Source: a virus
Direction: 5' to 3' (one strand)
IMG/VR virus record: IMGVR_UViG_3300033233_000009
Span: 1-64,000 of that record
Length of the DNA stretch: 64,000 nucleotides
Position 1 is the first letter of the stretch, and each line of letters begins with the position of its first letter. The translations under genes and the position numbers were made by a program. This document shows, piece after piece, positions 8,932-17,999 of the stretch. The notes under the pieces are model-generated. The model saw nothing but the letters and a program-made list of their open reading frames with translations, did no database searches and was not told the DNA's origin.

Positions 8932-9578
8932 CCCCCGAGCAGATCCGCGAGCAGAAGCGCCAGTACGGCGCCACGCGGCCCGACATGGTGCCCGCCGGCA
9001 GTGTCGGGTGGTGCTGGACCAAGCTGAACCTGCTCAGCATCTACTACAAGACGACGGCGTCGAGCTTCAGCGACATCCAGCAGCTCTGGGACGATCTGGT
9101 TGGGCACAAGGCGTGGCTCGTGATTCCCGACGGGGCGCCCTACGGCACCCCCGAGGCGATGCTCCGCGGCGAGTTAGGGATCACGCTGCCGAAGTTCCGT
9201 GAGGAGCTGTCGCGCCGGGAGCGGGTGCTCCAGTTGGCCCGGGACGAGGCGGTTACGGCGCTCGGGCCGGCCGTACCAGCGAAGGGTGGACCATCACGCA
9301 ATCCCAGTGGAAGAAGCAAGGGTAGCAATACTACCCTTGGTAAGGAGCGTGGCGCCGAGTACCTCGTCCGCCGTCTGAAGCGGGACGCCCCCGAGCACGC
9401 CGCCCGGCTCGCTGCCGGCGAGTACCGGAGCGCCAGGGCAGCGGCGCTCGCCGCGGGGATCGTGAGGCAGCGCTCGCGGGTCGAGCAAGCGCTTGCGCTC
9501 GTCGCGAAGATGACGCCCACGGAGTGGGATGATTTCCTGCGGCTCGCGCGTGCTTCGCGCGCGCCGCGACTCAAATGA
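8928..9578 (+). CDS. Hypothetical protein coupled to the helicase
   Basis: ATGA overlap; basic C-terminal region GAEYLVRRLKRDAPE...SARAAALAAGI. Confidence 0.7.
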   Translation: MTPEQIREQKRQYGATRPDMVPAGSVGWCWTKLNLLSIYYKTTASSFSDIQQLWDDLVGHKAWLVIPDGAPYGTPEAMLRGELGITLPKFREELSRRERVLQLARDEAVTALGPAVPAKGGPSRNPSGRSKGSNTTLGKERGAEYLVRRLKRDAPEHAARLAAGEYRSARAAALAAGIVRQRSRVEQALALVAKMTPTEWDDFLRLARASRAPRLK

Positions 9579-9831
9579 GCCCGCTGCACACCTTCCGTGC
9601 AACGCCGTCTCGCGTTTCCTGCACTGTTGAACGCGCTCCCGGATCGCAACCAAAATCGGGCCCACGACCCTCGAAACTTTGTTCGCCCCCAGCAGCGTCC
9701 CGCCCTTCCCGTGTCGCAACGCGGGCTTGCGTGGTGACACCTGCCGTAGCGGGCGAAGCGGGCCGGCAGAATGCCCCTTGACGGTGCTACGTTGCTTTTA
9801 GTACCGGTATAGCCCGCTCGAAAGGGACACC

Positions 9832-10017
9832 GTGCCGACGACGAAGCCCAAACCCAAGCCCAAGCCGTACCACCTCATGGTCATCCTCGACGAGGAGGAC
9901 CGCCGCGCGCTGGAAGACGCCGCGGGCATCGAGAAGCTCTACAAGGCCGACACGGTACGGCGCGCGATCCGCGCCTACGCACGCAAGCTACGAGTACAGA
10001 CCGCCGCCGCCGGCTGA
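9832..10017 (+). CDS. Ribbon-helix-helix (CopG-like) regulator
   Basis: LMVILDEEDRRALEDAA..E...KADTVRRAIRAY pattern; 61 aa. Confidence 0.65.
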   Translation: MPTTKPKPKPKPYHLMVILDEEDRRALEDAAGIEKLYKADTVRRAIRAYARKLRVQTAAAG

Positions 10018-10099
10018 ACCGAAGGGGGCTTCTGTGGTCAACAGCGAAGGTATTGCTGTCGGTGCTGTCGTCTCCGCGTTCCAGCGGAGGGGCACCTGA

Positions 10100-10969
10100 A
10101 TGGCTTGGCTCATCGATCCGCGCATGTGGGACGACCCGTGGTACCGGGGCCTTCCGAGCGACGCGCGCGAGCTGTTCAAGTTCGTCCTGTTCGGGAACGT
10201 CCGAACGTCCATCCCGGGGCTGGCCAAGGGGGTGAGCGTCGTGGCGCTCTCCGACGCGGTGGCGTTCACGGTCGAGCAGACCGAGGCGGCCCTGAACCGG
10301 GCGCTCATGCCCGACCACGAGGGCAAGGCGCACATGCTGTTCGACGCGGTCGCCCGGGTCATCCGGGTCCCGAACGCCCCGAAGTACAACAAGTGCACGA
10401 ACCCGAACCAGCTCGTCGGGTGGTTCCGGGCCTGGCGGGACGTGCCCGACTGCGGGCTCAAGGTCGCCCACCTGGAGACCGTGCCGGCCGGGGTGAACCT
10501 AGCCAACGCCGAGATGCTCCGGGCCTGGAACCGGACCTTCGGCCCGGTCATCGCGGCCAGGCAGAACGGGGTACACCTGCACACCTACGCGGACCTCGAC
10601 TCACCGAGGGGACAGCAGCAGCTTTCGTTGGAAGCCTTGCCAAAGGCTTCCGAAAGCCTTTCCCCCTCTGAATGGGAAATGGGATCGGGATCGGGATCTG
10701 GATCTAAGGCTTTGGCAAGCCTTACCGAAGCCTCTCCGACGATCATAAAATCCTCCCCAGAGGGAAATCTTACAGCTCAGAGAGAAACAGGAGGCGAGCA
10801 TGGAGCGAGTGGGCATGGTGGCGGGTCTGGACGCGGAGGTACTCCTGACGGGTCGGGAAGCCGACCGGGAGGGGCTCCGAACGGCAGCGCGGGCGGCCGG
10901 GGGCCCGGAGTCACTCCTGCGGGAGCGGCACCCCCTGCTCGCCGCCGGCTGCCCCGCGGGCTGGACTGA
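10100..10969 (+). CDS. Phage replication initiator (replisome organiser-like)
   Basis: N-terminal IDPRMWDDPWYRGLPSDARELF typical of phage initiators; internal iteron-like repeats; lies upstream of DnaC/DnaB. Confidence 0.7.
   Translation: MAWLIDPRMWDDPWYRGLPSDARELFKFVLFGNVRTSIPGLAKGVSVVALSDAVAFTVEQTEAALNRALMPDHEGKAHMLFDAVARVIRVPNAPKYNKCTNPNQLVGWFRAWRDVPDCGLKVAHLETVPAGVNLANAEMLRAWNRTFGPVIAARQNGVHLHTYADLDSPRGQQQLSLEALPKASESLSPSEWEMGSGSGSGSKALASLTEASPTIIKSSPEGNLTAQRETGGEHGASGHGGGSGRGGTPDGSGSRPGGAPNGSAGGRGPGVTPAGAAPPARRRLPRGLD
10620..10790. repeat. Iteron-like repeats, candidate replication origin
   Basis: Several AAGCCT/AGGCTT copies, (GGGATC)x3, the inverted pair CTTGCCAAAG / CTTTGGCAAG, and a locally AT-richer tract inside the initiator gene. 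Confidence 0.55.
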
Positions 10970-11699
10970 ACCGGCGCTCGTGGCCGAGACGGCGGGCTGG
11001 TACGCCGACTCCGAGGCGCGGCTCGCCCTGTGCGCCGTCTGCCCCCCGGCAGGGGGCGCCTGCGACCGGGCGACCTCGCTGCTCCGCCCCGGCCAGCTTC
11101 CGGTGTGGCAGGGGGACCGCGTCGTGGCCGGGCGCTGCGAGCGGTACCGCGAGTGGCGGCTCTGCCAGCGGCTCGCGGTGAGCGACGTGCCGGAGCGGTA
11201 CCGCGGCGCGCGGCTGAGCGCGTTTCGGACCGACACCCCGGCGCAGCAGGAAGCGTTCGACGCGATCGGTGGGTTCTTCGAGGCGCTCCAGGGAACCGGC
11301 GAGCCGTGGCTCGTGCTCTCCGGTCCGCACGCGAGCGGCAAGACGCACCTCGCGTGCGGGATGCTGCGCGGCCTGCCGCGGACGATGCCGCGTAAGCGCT
11401 TCTGGTACTCCGACCTGAACGAGCTACGGGTCGCGATGAAGGGCTACAAGTTCGACTCGGACGACGAGGACCCGACCGAGCGCTTGCGCACGACCGACGT
11501 GCTCGTGCTCGACAACCTCGACACCGGCAAGCTCGCGAAAGAGGCGTGGCTGAAGGAGCGCGTCGAGGACGTGCTCTACCAGCGATGGAACCGGCAGCGC
11601 GCGACGTTGATCACGACGCACGGGACGCTTGCGGACCTCGTCGCCGCGTTCACGACGATCACCACCCTGAGCGAGGCGCCGTCATGCAGCCTGGCGTGA
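10800..11699 (+). CDS. DnaC/IstB-like AAA+ helicase loader
   Basis: VPERYRGARL, Walker A GPHASGKTHLA, Walker B VLVLDNL, RWN..RATLITT; GGAGG RBS. Confidence 0.85.
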   Translation: MERVGMVAGLDAEVLLTGREADREGLRTAARAAGGPESLLRERHPLLAAGCPAGWTEPALVAETAGWYADSEARLALCAVCPPAGGACDRATSLLRPGQLPVWQGDRVVAGRCERYREWRLCQRLAVSDVPERYRGARLSAFRTDTPAQQEAFDAIGGFFEALQGTGEPWLVLSGPHASGKTHLACGMLRGLPRTMPRKRFWYSDLNELRVAMKGYKFDSDDEDPTERLRTTDVLVLDNLDTGKLAKEAWLKERVEDVLYQRWNRQRATLITTHGTLADLVAAFTTITTLSEAPSCSLA

Positions 11700-13135
11700 A
11701 AAGCACCGCCGCTCCGGTGCAGCCGCTCCGCCCAACCCCCGGCAGGGTGCCGCCGCACAACACGGACGCGGAGGCGTCGGTGCTGAGCGCGATCCTGATG
11801 AAGCCCGACGAGTACGACGTTGTCGCCGGGGTGATCCAGACGGTGCACTTCTACGCGGACGCGAACCGGTGGATCTTCGAGGCCATGACGGCCCTGCGCG
11901 AGGTGGGTCAGCCGGTGGACGTGGTCACGGTCGCGACGTGGCTCCAGGGGCAGGGGCGGCTCCCGCAGGTCGGTGGCTCGCCGTACATCGCGCAGATCAT
12001 GGACGCGGTGCCGGCCGTCGCGAACGTCGCGGCCTACGCCGAGATCGTGCGCGACGCCTGGTAGAAGCGGCAGCTCATCGCGCAGTGCCAGACGTTCGCC
12101 GCGGAGGCGTACCACACGGCCACGCCCGCTCGGGAGCTGGTCCAGAACGCGGAGGCGTCGCTCGCGGAGCTGGGTTCGAGCGGCGCAATCGTCGCGTTCG
12201 CACGCGTCGGTCCAGTGGTGTCCGCCGAGGTCGAGCGGATGGAGGAAGCGCGTCGGCTCGGTCTGACCGGCGACGGTGTCTCGACCGGCTTCTCGCGCCT
12301 CGATAGCAAGACGGCTGGCCTGCACAAGGGCGACCTCACGATCATCGCGGCGCGCCCCGGCCACGGTAAGAGCAGCCTCGTGATGAATATTGCGGCGCAC
12401 GTCGCGCGGAAGGGCGTGGAGGGCGTCGGGGTCTTCTCGCTCGAAATGCCGAAGGAGCAGATCGCGATGCGCCTCGCGTGCGCGGAGCGCGGGATCGACA
12501 CGGGCGACGTGCGCCGCAACGTGCTGAAGGGCGAGCAGTGGGCGGAGCTGCAACAGGCGGCGCTCGACATCGCGCAGATGCCGCTCTGGATCGACGACAC
12601 CGCGGGCCTGTCGCTCATGGAGCTACGCTCGCGCGCACGGAAGCTCCAGCGGGATCTTGCTGCCGAGCGCATGGGGGTGCCGTGCAGGCACCTCGGCCTA
12701 GTCTGCGTAGACTACTTGCAGTTGATGCGCGGCATGCGGGAGCGCGGCGACTCGCGCGAGCAGGAAATCGGAACCATCACGCGCGGCCTGAAGCAGCTCG
12801 CCAAGGATCTGCAAGTTCCGGTCATCGCGCTCTCGCAGTTGAACCGCGACACCGAGAAGCACGGCAAGGACCACCGCCCCAAGCTTTCGTCGCTCCGCGA
12901 GTCGGGCAACATCGAGCAGGACGCCGACAGCGTGTGGTTCATCTTCCGCCCGGACCTGTACGACAAGGAAGTCGCCTCGGGGCAGGCGGAGCTGATCATC
13001 GCCAAGCAGCGCAACGGCCCGCTCGACACGATCGAGATGCAGTTCCGGGGCTCGACGATGCGGTTCTACGAGCGCGTCGGCGGCGTGGACATGGACCAGT
13101 TCGACGACTTTGACGACGCGGTCCGGTCGGTGTAG
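11684..13135 (+). pseudogene. dnaB: Replicative helicase DnaB with an in-frame TAG at 12062-12064
   Basis: The N-domain (PPHNTDAEASVLSAIL, HFY) and C-domain (STGFSRLD, AARPGHGKS, FSLEM, VDYLQL, LSQLNR, LRESGNIEQDAD, KQRNG) are in the same frame, joined as RDAW*KRQLI. Confidence 0.9.
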
Positions 13136-13258
13136 GCTCGGTCTTGCCATTGCGGACCCTCCCTGGGGTAAAGCCCGTCCCGCACGCTCCGCTGTCCTCC
13201 TTTCCGGCGTCGAGCGTGCGGGCGGGCGGGGCCTGAAGGAAGCCCGCCGACCGGTTTC

Positions 13259-13287
13259 TTGACGGCCCGCAGAGTGCCCCGTACCGT
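13259..13287 (+). promoter_or_regulatory. Sigma70-like promoter, probably leaderless
   Basis: TTGACG-17-TACCGT, then 7 nt to the GTG at 13295. Confidence 0.6.
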
Positions 13288-13294
13288 GTCCGAC

Positions 13295-13741
13295 GTGCTG
13301 CCCCTTCCCCGAATCGTTCCCCTCGCCGTCGTCGCGTTCGCTCTGTCCCAACCGGCATGCGGCGGCGCGACCACCGAGCAGGTCGCACTGAGCAGCGCGG
13401 TGGTTGCTGCCAACACCACTCGGCTCGCGGTGCAGTCCGCGGAGACCGGCGCCCTGGCGCTCTATCGGGCCGAGCAGGTCGCCGTCGTCGAGCGGGTCAA
13501 GGCGCAGAACGGGACGCGAGACATGGCCGTCGCCGCGGTCGAGGCGGTGCGCGCGAAGTGGAAGCCCGTGTGGTCCGTCATCGACGCCGCCGCCGCGGCG
13601 CACACGGCGCTCGTCGCTGCGATCGGTGCCTACGAGACCGGCAAGCGTACGGCCGCCGAGGTGGCCGGGGCGGTCACGGCGCTCGCCGCCGCCGAGCAGG
13701 AAGTGGTCGCCGCTGTTGCCCTGGTCCGAGGAGAACGCTGA
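13295..13741 (+). CDS. Putative lipoprotein
   Basis: Hydrophobic leader IVPLAVVAFALSQPA-C, followed by Ala-rich helices. Confidence 0.6.
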   Translation: MLPLPRIVPLAVVAFALSQPACGGATTEQVALSSAVVAANTTRLAVQSAETGALALYRAEQVAVVERVKAQNGTRDMAVAAVEAVRAKWKPVWSVIDAAAAAHTALVAAIGAYETGKRTAAEVAGAVTALAAAEQEVVAAVALVRGER

Positions 13742-13986
13742 TGCCCGCCGCGCTCGCCTTCGTCGCTTCCCTGCTCCGGTTCGTCGCCGAGGAGGCGCCA
13801 CACCTCGTGAACGAAGTGCGCTCGATCGTCTCCCTGTGGGCGGGTCGCAAGGGGATCCCGCACGCCGAGCTACTCGCCGCCCTCGGGCCGGTGGACGATC
13901 GCGTGAAGGCCGTGGACGCTGCCGTCGATCAGCACATCGCCGACCTCTGGGGCGACCAGACGCCGCCCGACCCGTCGCGGAAGTGA
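13741..13986 (+). CDS. Hypothetical protein
   Basis: TGATG coupling to the upstream gene; MPAALAFVASLLRFVAEE. Confidence 0.6.
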   Translation: MPAALAFVASLLRFVAEEAPHLVNEVRSIVSLWAGRKGIPHAELLAALGPVDDRVKAVDAAVDQHIADLWGDQTPPDPSRK

Positions 13987-13990
13987 AGCC

Positions 13991-14275
13991 ATGCGCGTCA
14001 ACGTCCCCCTCACCGTTGCGCTCGACGTGGGCACCCCAGCGGTCTGCGTGCCCGACCCGCTCGCGACGATCAAGAGCCAGCGCGTGCGGCTTCTCGACGT
14101 GGTGGTCATCGGGCCGCTGATGATCTGGGGCGGCGTGAAGGCGGGCGGCTGGGGTGGGGCCGCCCTCGCGTTCTTCGGCCTCACCACGATGGCCTACAAC
14201 GCGCGGAACTACGCGCGCGTTCGTGACATGGCGGCGCCGCCGCCAGTGGCAGCAAGCCCCCCCGGAGCCCAGTAG
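13991..14275 (+). CDS. Small 2-TM membrane protein
   Basis: KSQRVRLLDVVVIGPLMIWGG...LAFFGLTTMAYN. Confidence 0.65.
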   Translation: MRVNVPLTVALDVGTPAVCVPDPLATIKSQRVRLLDVVVIGPLMIWGGVKAGGWGGAALAFFGLTTMAYNARNYARVRDMAAPPPVAASPPGAQ

Positions 14276-14287
14276 GAGCCTCTCCCC

Positions 14288-14701
14288 ATGGCGGTCACGT
14301 TCAAGGATCTGGTCAACCACCCGTTCAGCTTCGCGATGGGTGTCGGCGTCGCGAACGGGCTGCTCGCGGTGGGACGGAACAAGAAGATCGACATGCCGAC
14401 CGCGCTCACGCTGAGTGCAATCCTCGGGCTTGGTGAGATGGCGCTGGTCATGTACGAGCCGGAGAGCGAGCGGTCCCACAGCTTGCAGGTGATCGGCGTC
14501 TACTCGGTGCTCGGTGTGCTCGCGGGCCTGCTGCCGTTCATCACGACGGTGCCCCAGCACGGCGGCGCGAGCGTGCCGATCGCATCGAAGGAACCGGCGA
14601 TGCCGATTCCGTTGTTCGCCAGCAACGCGCAGCCGGGCGGCGGGCAGGCAGTGAGCGGCTACTCACGCCGGCAGCCGGCGCGGCGGCGTCGGTACGGCTG
14701 A
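14288..14701 (+). CDS. 3-TM membrane protein with a basic tail
   Basis: Three hydrophobic segments; ends RRQPARRRRYG. Confidence 0.65.
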   Translation: MAVTFKDLVNHPFSFAMGVGVANGLLAVGRNKKIDMPTALTLSAILGLGEMALVMYEPESERSHSLQVIGVYSVLGVLAGLLPFITTVPQHGGASVPIASKEPAMPIPLFASNAQPGGGQAVSGYSRRQPARRRRYG

Positions 14702-14715
14702 AGGCGCCGCCCCGC

Positions 14716-15126
14716 ATGGCCTACGCGCTGATGGCGGCGGAGACTCCCGGCACGTCGGTGCCCGCATCGTCGGTCGAGTACTGGCGCGCGATCCACCGGC
14801 TGCGCCTGACCATGCAGGGGGTCGAGAGCTGGAACCTGGCCCAGCTCGACGCGGACGCGCAGCTCTACCTGAAGGCGCTCGCCGCCAATCCGCCGACCGC
14901 GGCGACCCCGGCGGAGGCCGCTGAGAACGCGAAGCTCACGGCCTACGCCCGCCACGTCATCGAGCAGGCGACCCGCGCTCGTTCGGAGGGCCGCTCCCTC
15001 ACCGGGCCGCCGAAGTGGCTGGTGTTCGTGGCGGTGCTCGCGGCCATCCCGCTCGCGTGGCTGGTGCTCAGGAAGGGCACCGGCGAGTGGCGGCACACGA
15101 CCACCGTGCGTCGGGAGTGGCCGTAG
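14716..15126 (+). CDS. Protein with a C-terminal TM
   Basis: WLVFVAVLAAIPLAWLVLRK. Confidence 0.6.
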   Translation: MAYALMAAETPGTSVPASSVEYWRAIHRLRLTMQGVESWNLAQLDADAQLYLKALAANPPTAATPAEAAENAKLTAYARHVIEQATRARSEGRSLTGPPKWLVFVAVLAAIPLAWLVLRKGTGEWRHTTTVRREWP

Positions 15127-15172
15127 GGTTGCGCGACCCCTGTACTTGCGTGTACGCTGCGCGTCTGACCAC

Positions 15173-15670
15173 GTGATAGCGCTCGGAATCGCGCCGGGGC
15201 TTCGTGCCCTCGGATACGCGGTGCTGCACTTCAACGGAGCACCCCGGGCGGAGCTTTTGGACAGCGACGTGCTCCACGCGGGCCGCGGGATCAGCGTCCG
15301 GGACGCGGTGGACGCGGCTCGGCGCATCCACGCGCACCGGCTGATCCTCGACGTGGTGCTGGCCCGGAACCCCCCGGCGGTGATGGTGCTCGGCCCGCAG
15401 GCGGAACCATCCGAGCCCCCCGAGCACGTAGCTGTGGTACGACTCGGCCTGATGGCGCTCGGGCAGGCGTTCAACGTCCGCGTCGTGGACCTGCACGACC
15501 ACGCTGCGCTCTACGCCGCGCTCGGCATCGACGGGGCCAAGGCGCTCGCGCCCTGCCTCCGCGAGTCGGTGTCGGGGCCCGGGGCGGTCGTGCGGGACCG
15601 CCGCATTCTGTTCGCGACAGCGGCAGCAGTGGCAGGGCGGGTTTCACGCAATCCGGCCGGCAGGCCGTGA
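15173..15670 (+). CDS. RuvC-like resolvase fold with degenerate catalytic residues
   Basis: LGIAPGLRALGYAVL, where the canonical motif is LGIDPG..GY; the expected second acidic residue position reads VMVLG. Confidence 0.6.
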   Translation: MIALGIAPGLRALGYAVLHFNGAPRAELLDSDVLHAGRGISVRDAVDAARRIHAHRLILDVVLARNPPAVMVLGPQAEPSEPPEHVAVVRLGLMALGQAFNVRVVDLHDHAALYAALGIDGAKALAPCLRESVSGPGAVVRDRRILFATAAAVAGRVSRNPAGRP

Positions 15671-15689
15671 AACAGTTTCACGACGCACC

Positions 15690-16184
15690 ATGACGCCCCG
15701 GCGCACAAAAAGCGAGATTGCGGCTGGTTTCCAGTTTCCGCTGCCCGACGACAAGTTCTGCGGTGGATGCCGCCGCTGGCTTCCGCTGGACCAGTTCGCG
15801 AAAGCTGCCCGCGCCTCGGACGGACGACAGTCCCGTTGCGCCGAGTGCCACCGGCTGGCCATGCGCGAGTGGAGGGCGCGGAAGCGCGATTCGGAGCGAC
15901 AAACGGAGCGTTACCGTACGGACCCGGAGCAGGCGCGGCGCGTGCGGGCCCGCCAGCGGGTAAACCAGCAAGTGCAGCGTGGCACGTTGCAGCGGCAGTC
16001 GTGCGAGCGATGCGGTGTGCCGAACGCGCAGACACACCATCCCGACTACCAGAAACCCACCGAAATCCGGTGGCTATGCCCGAAGTGCCACGGCGCGGAG
16101 CACTACCCGAAAGCGCAGCCTGAGCACCGGCAAATGATCAGCGACGGCCTCTCCCGACTCGCCGAGAAGTACGCCAACCGCTGA
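15690..16184 (+). CDS. Zn-finger / HNH-like protein
   Basis: CGGC...CAEC and CERC..HHPDY..P..IRWLCPKCH. Confidence 0.75.
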   Translation: MTPRRTKSEIAAGFQFPLPDDKFCGGCRRWLPLDQFAKAARASDGRQSRCAECHRLAMREWRARKRDSERQTERYRTDPEQARRVRARQRVNQQVQRGTLQRQSCERCGVPNAQTHHPDYQKPTEIRWLCPKCHGAEHYPKAQPEHRQMISDGLSRLAEKYANR

Positions 16185-16226
16185 GCCCCCTTGCGCCGGG
16201 CCCCGGGCCGACCGATTCTGGCAGCC

Positions 16227-16742
16227 ATGCTGTCTCACCCGGTCGTGGTCGCCCTCGTGTCGCTCTGCATCGGCGTCGTCCTCGGTGTGCTCGGCCGGCG
16301 CCGCCGCGTGACCCAGCACGGTGCCGCGGCGCTCCGGTCGCTCGACCAGCTCGCCGCCTCGCTTGCGGGGCTGGAGCGAGACCTGGCCACGCAGTGTGCC
16401 GAGACGGAGCGGGCTCGGGCGGAGCGCGACGAGCAAGCCCGGAAGGCGCGCGAGTACTTCGCGAAGATCGACGGGTGCGTAACCGAGGCGACCGAGTCCC
16501 GGCGCCTCCTGGTCCGCACGGGCGCGGAACACGGCAGCGCGCAGTCCATGATGCTGGCCGAAATCGAGAGCCTGGCCCACCAGTACCGGGCGCTCGTGCA
16601 GCAGTATCGCGAGGCCACGGGCAAAGCGCCGCCGCGCGCCGAGCCTCGGCTGAACCCGACCATCCAGATCGTGGCCGACGAGTTCCGGGAGAATCACGTG
16701 GCGCCCTACCAGGCCCCCCCCGTCCCGGGGCCCGTCGCATAG
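16227..16742 (+). CDS. N-terminal TM plus coiled-coil protein
   Basis: TM VVVALVSLCIGVVLGVLG followed by RRRR; promoter TTGCGC-17-GATTCT ends 7 nt upstream of the ATG. Confidence 0.65.
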   Translation: MLSHPVVVALVSLCIGVVLGVLGRRRRVTQHGAAALRSLDQLAASLAGLERDLATQCAETERARAERDEQARKAREYFAKIDGCVTEATESRRLLVRTGAEHGSAQSMMLAEIESLAHQYRALVQQYREATGKAPPRAEPRLNPTIQIVADEFRENHVAPYQAPPVPGPVA

Positions 16743-16797
16743 CAGTTGCCAGCGGGGGGTTGATAGCAGGCGCGGGAGGACTTACCCTCCGCGCCTG

Positions 16798-17475
16798 ATG
16801 ACGACGACCAAAGAGGGGCCGAGCGCGGCCTCTGCGGTGCGCCATGAGGCCGAGGGCCCGCGCATCACCGACGCGCTCTACCAGGCGTTCCCGAACGAGA
16901 TCACCCCGATGGCGGTGGATCCGATGGATGGGCTGCCGCGGCCGCTCCTGTCGCAGGCGTGGAAGGACGCGCAGGCCCCCGACCTGGACCCGGCGCGCTT
17001 CGTGTGCATGAGCGACTGCTCCGCGTTCGTCGAGCGCGACGAGTGGGGCTTCGAGACGGCGCGCTACGCGCCGAGCGCGGTGCAGCGCAGCCCGGACGGA
17101 TCCTGGTTCGTGGAGCGCCGGGTCGGCTTCGCGTTCTGGCGACGGACGGTCCGCATCGAGGTCGAGCCGCTCCGGCCGCAGTGCCACCACTACGCGCGCC
17201 AGCTCGTGCCGTTCCCGGAGGAGCAGGACCACCAGCTCGCGGTGCGCCTCTGCACGGCACGGAGAACCGACGAGGGGGAGTTCCTCGACCTGGGCAACCA
17301 GCAGGTGCTCGCGTGCGAGCTGCGCACCCCCGTGATCGGAAGCGAGCGCGCGCAGATCGACGCGCACGACGACCGCACGATCGCGGCGCAGCAGGCGCGC
17401 AAGGCCAACGAGGTTGCAGACGACTTTGACGTAGACGCGGCGCTCGGCGCCCAGACGACGACGAAAGGAAACTGA
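16798..17475 (+). CDS. Hypothetical protein with conserved-looking Cys residues
   Basis: ORF track 225 aa; GC3-rich codons; operon context. Confidence 0.7.
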   Translation: MTTTKEGPSAASAVRHEAEGPRITDALYQAFPNEITPMAVDPMDGLPRPLLSQAWKDAQAPDLDPARFVCMSDCSAFVERDEWGFETARYAPSAVQRSPDGSWFVERRVGFAFWRRTVRIEVEPLRPQCHHYARQLVPFPEEQDHQLAVRLCTARRTDEGEFLDLGNQQVLACELRTPVIGSERAQIDAHDDRTIAAQQARKANEVADDFDVDAALGAQTTTKGN

Positions 17476-17477
17476 CC

Positions 17478-17999
17478 ATGGCCGACAACCTGGAACGACT
17501 GAACGCGGTGCTCACTGAAATCGAAGCGCACGCCGTCCGCCTGGCGCGGCAGGCGAAGCTGAACAGCGCGACGCCTGCGACGATCATGCAGGAGATCGCC
17601 GAGACGGTCATGCCCCTGCTCAAGGACTTCGCGATCCTGAGCTTCAAGGAGAGCGTCACGGTGCGCGAGTACCTCCACTCGGAAATCGAGCCGCTACTCC
17701 AGGAGGTGGCGGGCCAGGGCGACTCCGCGCTGCAACCGGAGGACGCTGCGATGATCATGCAGCGGCTGCTCGCGTACCGTTCGCTGCTCGACGGTGCGAA
17801 GGAGCGCGTCGTGGGCGACGAGAAGGCGAAGGTCGAGTCGGAGCTGGCCGAGCTGGACAGGGCGCTGGCGCGCGTCGCGGAGATCACCGTGGAAGAAGGG
17901 GAGGACGGCGAGGGGGAGGACGACGACGGGGAAGACGATGGAGGCGACGACGACGAGGAGGGCGGCGAGGACGAGAGCCCCGCCGCCGCCAAGCAGTGA
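17478..17999 (+). CDS. Helical protein with an acidic tail
   Basis: 173 aa; AAGGA RBS; D/E/G-rich C-terminus. Confidence 0.75.
   Translation: MADNLERLNAVLTEIEAHAVRLARQAKLNSATPATIMQEIAETVMPLLKDFAILSFKESVTVREYLHSEIEPLLQEVAGQGDSALQPEDAAMIMQRLLAYRSLLDGAKERVVGDEKAKVESELAELDRALARVAEITVEEGEDGEGEDDDGEDDGGDDDEEGGEDESPAAAKQ

Noticed and set aside
12062-12064. Genome-wide TAG recoding
   Set aside because: TAG is the evident stop of recT (6723), dnaB (13135), the candidate MCP (48868) and others; only one internal TAG was found.
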